Shown here: positions 62,683 through 64,000 of the stretch, one piece after another
How the letters are laid out: the number at the start of each line of letters is the position of its first letter
Position numbering within the stretch: position 1 is the stretch's first letter
Notes under the pieces: model-generated
What the model saw: the letters and a program-made list of their open reading frames with translations, nothing else
What the model was told of the DNA's origin: nothing
Database searches by the model: none
Position numbers and translations under genes: made by a program
Origin: the human T2T-CHM13v2.0 reference genome, Homo sapiens
NCBI RefSeq assembly: GCF_009914755.1
Contig: NC_060932.1
Direction: 5' to 3' (one strand)
DNA: 64,000 nucleotides

Positions 62683-64000
62683 ATGCTTAGCATTAAAGTG
62701 GTGGTTGGCAACCCTTTTTATTTCATTTCTTTCCTCCTGGAGTTTTATTTTCCTCCTCTTCCAAGGATGAACTATCAAAGAAGATATAATTGGTATAAAT
62801 GCAATATCTTCATCTTTAGTCATTCGCATCCATTTTTGGGCTTTTCTCATATTTACATGTATTTAGTGCTTAATCTTTTTCTTTAATTCAATTGATTTTT
62901 AAAAGCTAAATAAGTTTATTTTAAATAGAAACTTAGACTAAGCAATTACCTTTGCAAAATCTTTTGCTTGATGTGCTATTTATAATTTCGTAATCCACAT
63001 GCAAACTTAACACTGACTGTTCACACAGTATCCTCTAGGCTATCAACAGCTGCATGGCCACCACGTTGCTCAGCTCCAAGAGGCACCATTCACACAGTCA
63101 CCTGCTATTCCCTGCAATTGTACATTGAGAAGGTCCTAAGGGGATCTGCACTGTACTTTTGGGAAACCTTAGTGTGGCTTCTTACCAATTGTGTTACCTT
63201 TCCTTCCTGAGCATAGACTTGGTATGGCCAAGTCATTCCAGGCTTTGGAAATCTGAGATATGCCACTTCCAGTAAGATCTTTTAAGAAAGAGAATATACC
63301 TCCTCTCATCTCTCTGGCCCTTCCACAGGCTTGATACACATATTAAAAATGTTTTAGGGAATTGGAAAGCCCCAAGATAGATGGAGCTTGGTCCTTGGAT
63401 TGCCATATGAAAGGGAGCCACCCACCAAACAGGAATACCTGCCAAGGACTCTTACGTTGGCACAAAATAATTTCTGGATTTTTGTTTGTCCATTATGCAT
63501 TTGGGGCTTGGTGTACTGCACTAGTATAACTTAAATAATGCAAAGTGCCCTGGACATCAGGATTCTAGCTTGCGGACGTCTCTTTTTTATTGTTGTTAAA
63601 TGGAAATAACAGAACTTGTCAAAGACCCCACAGGACTGTGGTGAGGAGCAAAATGGAACAGTGTTTATGAAAGTGTTTTTAAAAACCAGAAATGCATTGC
63701 AGCTTAAAGGATCAGTTAACCAGGAAGCGAAAAAGCAAACACAACAAAAAGAAAATTGGTGTTCCACTTCTAGCAACTATATGGGACACCATAGCGTGTA
63801 ATGCAGGAGTCTGATAAATGTAACCTTAACCCAAGTGGAAAGTTTAGACTGTTGGGGAATGGTGAAATGCTGAGTTTTCAGTGAAAGGCAGGCAAGTACG
63901 GCATCTCTTGTTAATTAACACAGCTGAGGGGATGCTGAAAACTCCCACATGGTACATTAACCAATGCCTGAAGGTGCTGGGAGCACCAGACTTGGAACTT

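Larger units (their letters stand above)
61573..64000 (-). other. HAS2: HAS2 intron 1 (3' part; exon 1 outside window)
   Basis: AG acceptor at 61574-61573 directly before ATG; no CpG-island promoter in the window. Confidence 0.85.

Noticed and set aside
61573-64000. HAS2 promoter or HAS2-AS1
   Set aside because: No CpG island or first exon visible; expected further right, outside the window

Overview
Primate (most likely human) genomic DNA, not prokaryotic. The only protein-coding gene is HAS2 (hyaluronan synthase 2) on the minus strand. Three coding exons (61572-60946, 49438-49337, 47270-46341) splice through canonical GT-AG, phase-0 junctions to an intact 552-aa GT2 membrane enzyme, followed by a ~2-kb 3'UTR ending near 44345. 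The non-coding first exon and promoter were not found and presumably lie beyond the right edge. The left ~44 kb is downstream intergenic sequence dense in Alu, L1, L2, MIR, solo LTRs (THE1, MER4, MLT1, MER21, LTR32, LTR41) and DNA-transposon fossils (Tigger2, MER44), often nested; MER58 and MER82 lie in intron 2. The other ORFs in the track appear to be repeat-derived or chance. I found no new gene system. The most unusual signals are: (i) several short patches copied from 0.9-2.3 kb away, including a composite inverted+direct insert at 39.2-39.5 kb, resembling fossil template-switch or polymerase-theta repair; (ii) an exon architecture under which a back-spliced HAS2 exon 2 or exon 2-3 circle would be a stop-free endless ORF starting at the native AUG; (iii) an unidentified polyadenylated retrocopy-like fragment; (iv) a twin-primed L1 micro-inversion. 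Repeat family names are recalled from consensus sequences and boundaries of old repeats are approximate.
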